DNA of 64,000 nt from Azolla caroliniana. Its lineage: Eukaryota; Plantae; Polypodiophyta. A model generated the notes under the pieces. That model saw only the letters and a list, made by a program, of their open reading frames with translations. It was not told the DNA's origin and searched no databases. The stretch is taken from positions 19,406,001 to 19,470,000 of the forward strand of contig JBHGNT010000004.1 in the NCBI GenBank assembly GCA_043228905.1, read 5' to 3'. Shown here piece by piece: positions 61,505 to 64,000 of this stretch (positions are counted from its first letter, which is position 1; each line of letters begins with the position of its first letter). The position numbers and the translations under genes were made by a program.

Positions 61505-63400
61505 ATGAAAGTGGTATCATGGAATGTGAGAGGGGCATCTTCTCCTCATAAGAAATATATATTATGGAAAACTTTATTTGATAAAGATTGGGATGTTTTA
61601 TGTGCAGTTCAACATAAGTGTCATGATTTAGCAGGATCTGTTTTACATTTGCGTGGATATTCCGCATATTATGAAGGACAGTTATCACATCATTACTCAG
61701 GGTTTGTCATAATCATTGGTGATTCGTTTTGTGCACATATAGTCTATAATGATCCATATGGACGTTTTTTGGTGATGGAAGTCAAGTATTTTGAGGATTT
61801 GATATGGTTGGTAGAAATCTATGCACCCAATAATGCTAATCAACGCATTGAGTTATGGTCTTCAATGTATCCACGGTTATCAGTGGGACGTGTTGGTTTG
61901 TTAATGGGTGATTTTAATGTGTGTTGATGCTTCACAATCTACTTCACGATTCTCATTGATGGATTCTCCTGAGCAAGAAGTTTGGGACAAACTGGCATCA
62001 AAGGTTTTGAAGTTGGATGTATGGAAATGGTTGCATCAAGATGAGGTTGGGTTTACATTTCAGTCTATGCAATACAAGGAAACATGGAGTAGGTTATATA
62101 GAATGTATGTTGTGCATGATGAGTCCTTTTTGCCAAAGATGCTTAATATGTCAATTATGCAAGAGGTTGTGACATCAGATCATTTTCCCATATGTTTTGA
62201 GTTTAATAAACATGGGGTAGATATGTACAAAACATTGCTTCAACGAGTCCCTTTGAGGTTCAATTCTTCTTTATTATTACATTCTTTATTTGATGCCTAT
62301 ATGCAACAAATTTTTGGCATGTTTTCAGAACAAGTTATTTCAAAAGGATGGCATGCATGGGATACAACACTACAGAACATCAATACATCATATGTATGGT
62401 ATGACTAATGCTAAAAGACATAAGAAATTGATTGATAAGTTTTCATATATTCTTACGCGGTGCAATGTACTATTGATGAATAATCCACATGATGAAGAGA
62501 TTTTGGATGTTCAAGTTCAAGTACAGGACATTGTGAAGAATTTGTCTTGGCAAAGTTATTAACAGGCAAGCCTACGTCAATTAAAGGAGGGATTTATAGA
62601 TAATCAATCACAAACTCATATGTTTTTTCAAGAATTAAGACCACCATATGCTCGTCCAAATGTGGTACGAATTAAGATAGGGGATGACATTGTTGTAGAC
62701 CTAGTCAGGGTTTTTGAGTTATGTATTACTCATTTTAAGAATTTGATTGGGCTAGAGTTGATTATTAATGAGGATGTCTTGAAAGCACGACAAAGAGTTT
62801 TATAATGTAATTGGGAGTGTCGTGAATACAAATATTTGTCAAGAATTGGATGTTGATTTTGAAGTAGTTGAGGTGGAAAAGGTATTGTTACACCTTCCAA
62901 ATGGTAAAAGCCCTAGCATTGGCAGATGATTCTTTTATGTTTTTTACAAGCCTCAAAAGAAAATCTTAAAAGGAGTATGCAAGTTTGGGATCAATTTGTT
63001 TTGGCTTCCGGGTTGTATATAAATTGGAGGAAGTCTCGCCTTATTTCTTGTACGGAGAGTGATTTGGAATGTTTGGGATGGCAAGGGTCAGTGATTACAC
63101 GAGGTTCAATTTATCGACATTTGGGTTATCCATTGGGCATTGATGTTACAAATGTTCCATTGATTGATTGGATTGGTGGTAAATTGAGGGACAAGTTTAT
63201 GTATTGGAAGTACTTATCAGACATTTGGCAAGTACTTATGAGACATTTGGCAAGTTTTAACCCGTTGTTGTTTGAGACCTCAACAATGGGTTTTTTCTCA
63301 ATAAATTCAAAATGGATCCAATGATGAGATGGAGATATTGTTCCAATTTTTACGTTATAGGGCCTACAACACAATTGGAATATGCGTAATGCTTTCATGT
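61505..63400 (+). pseudogene. L1-type LINE ORF2: APE endonuclease and internally deleted RT
   Basis: SWNVRG, IYAPN, MGDFN, SDHFP, GKSP fused to ADD, SGLYINWRKS, YRHLGYPLG. Confidence 0.88.
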
Positions 63401-64000
63401 TTGATAATAGACATGGGGTGAAAGCCTACATAACAAAATAGGTAAACCATGGGTGAGGGTAGAACATACAAAAAAGGGACATCAAGGTTGGGAAAAAAAT
63501 CAACTAAAAGGAAAAGTTAAGGTTTTAGGGTTTAGGTTAGCTCTAATAAAAATGTGGGAGAAAGGTATGAGTGAAAATAAGAAGTAGGGGAAAGTAGTGG
63601 AGTGTTAGGGTTGAAAATAGAAGAAAATAGGGTAGGCGTAGGGTTGAGAATAGGTGAAAGTATGGGAGGGGTAGGTCTAAAAGTATGAAAATTCTAACAA
63701 GAGTGAGTGCATATGCGGATGACAAACATAGCACCGTGATTGGGGATATAGTTTAGGGTTATAGATACAAAATGAAGAAAGCGCCAGTTATCGAATGTAG
63801 TCCCAGCCATATACAATAAAAGAGAGATAAGAATGGAAAATGCATCACTACGTAATATAGTCCCATGCTTACAACATAATGATGTGCAAAAGGTAAGGTA
63901 GGGTGTTGAGAGCTTGTTATGTGAGAGGATAAGAGAGACAAGCCGATGACACCATTGCAATGCCACGTAACGTTTTGTGGGCTCGATGGTTGACGATGCT

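Noticed and set aside
63938-63978. Possible plus-strand hammerhead (CCGATGA...CGTAACGT)
   Set aside because: Both core boxes are mutated and stems I and II are not convincing

Overview
Gene-free, repeat-dense eukaryotic window. It is most likely from a non-seed land plant (inference from the plant-type tRNA-His, TTTAGGG-like motifs and the retrotransposon types). The backbone is a ~900-bp tandem repeat carrying a minus-strand tRNA-His(GUG). There are 17 full-length copies (2 match the consensus exactly) and 1 truncated copy; the consensus has G-1 and 3' CCA in the DNA, and each unit also holds older tRNA-His relics. The array (about 6.8-15.3, 47.6-50.0 and 54.5-59.0 kb) is interrupted by a 32-kb nest of Ty3/Gypsy elements, most of them delimited by target-site duplications (TSDs), and by a truncated Ty1/Copia. 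A ~0.9-kb non-coding GA-rich element carrying a type I hammerhead ribozyme motif sits in array sequence in three copies. A decayed L1-type LINE ends the window. Highlights: the hammerhead element, the tRNA-His satellite, a Tf1-like self-priming chromovirus, a gag-only tRNA-Trp-primed element, and a long accessory ORF that can be rebuilt across an 11-kb insertion. Family names A-F are my own labels. All alignments were done by eye; no database searches were run.
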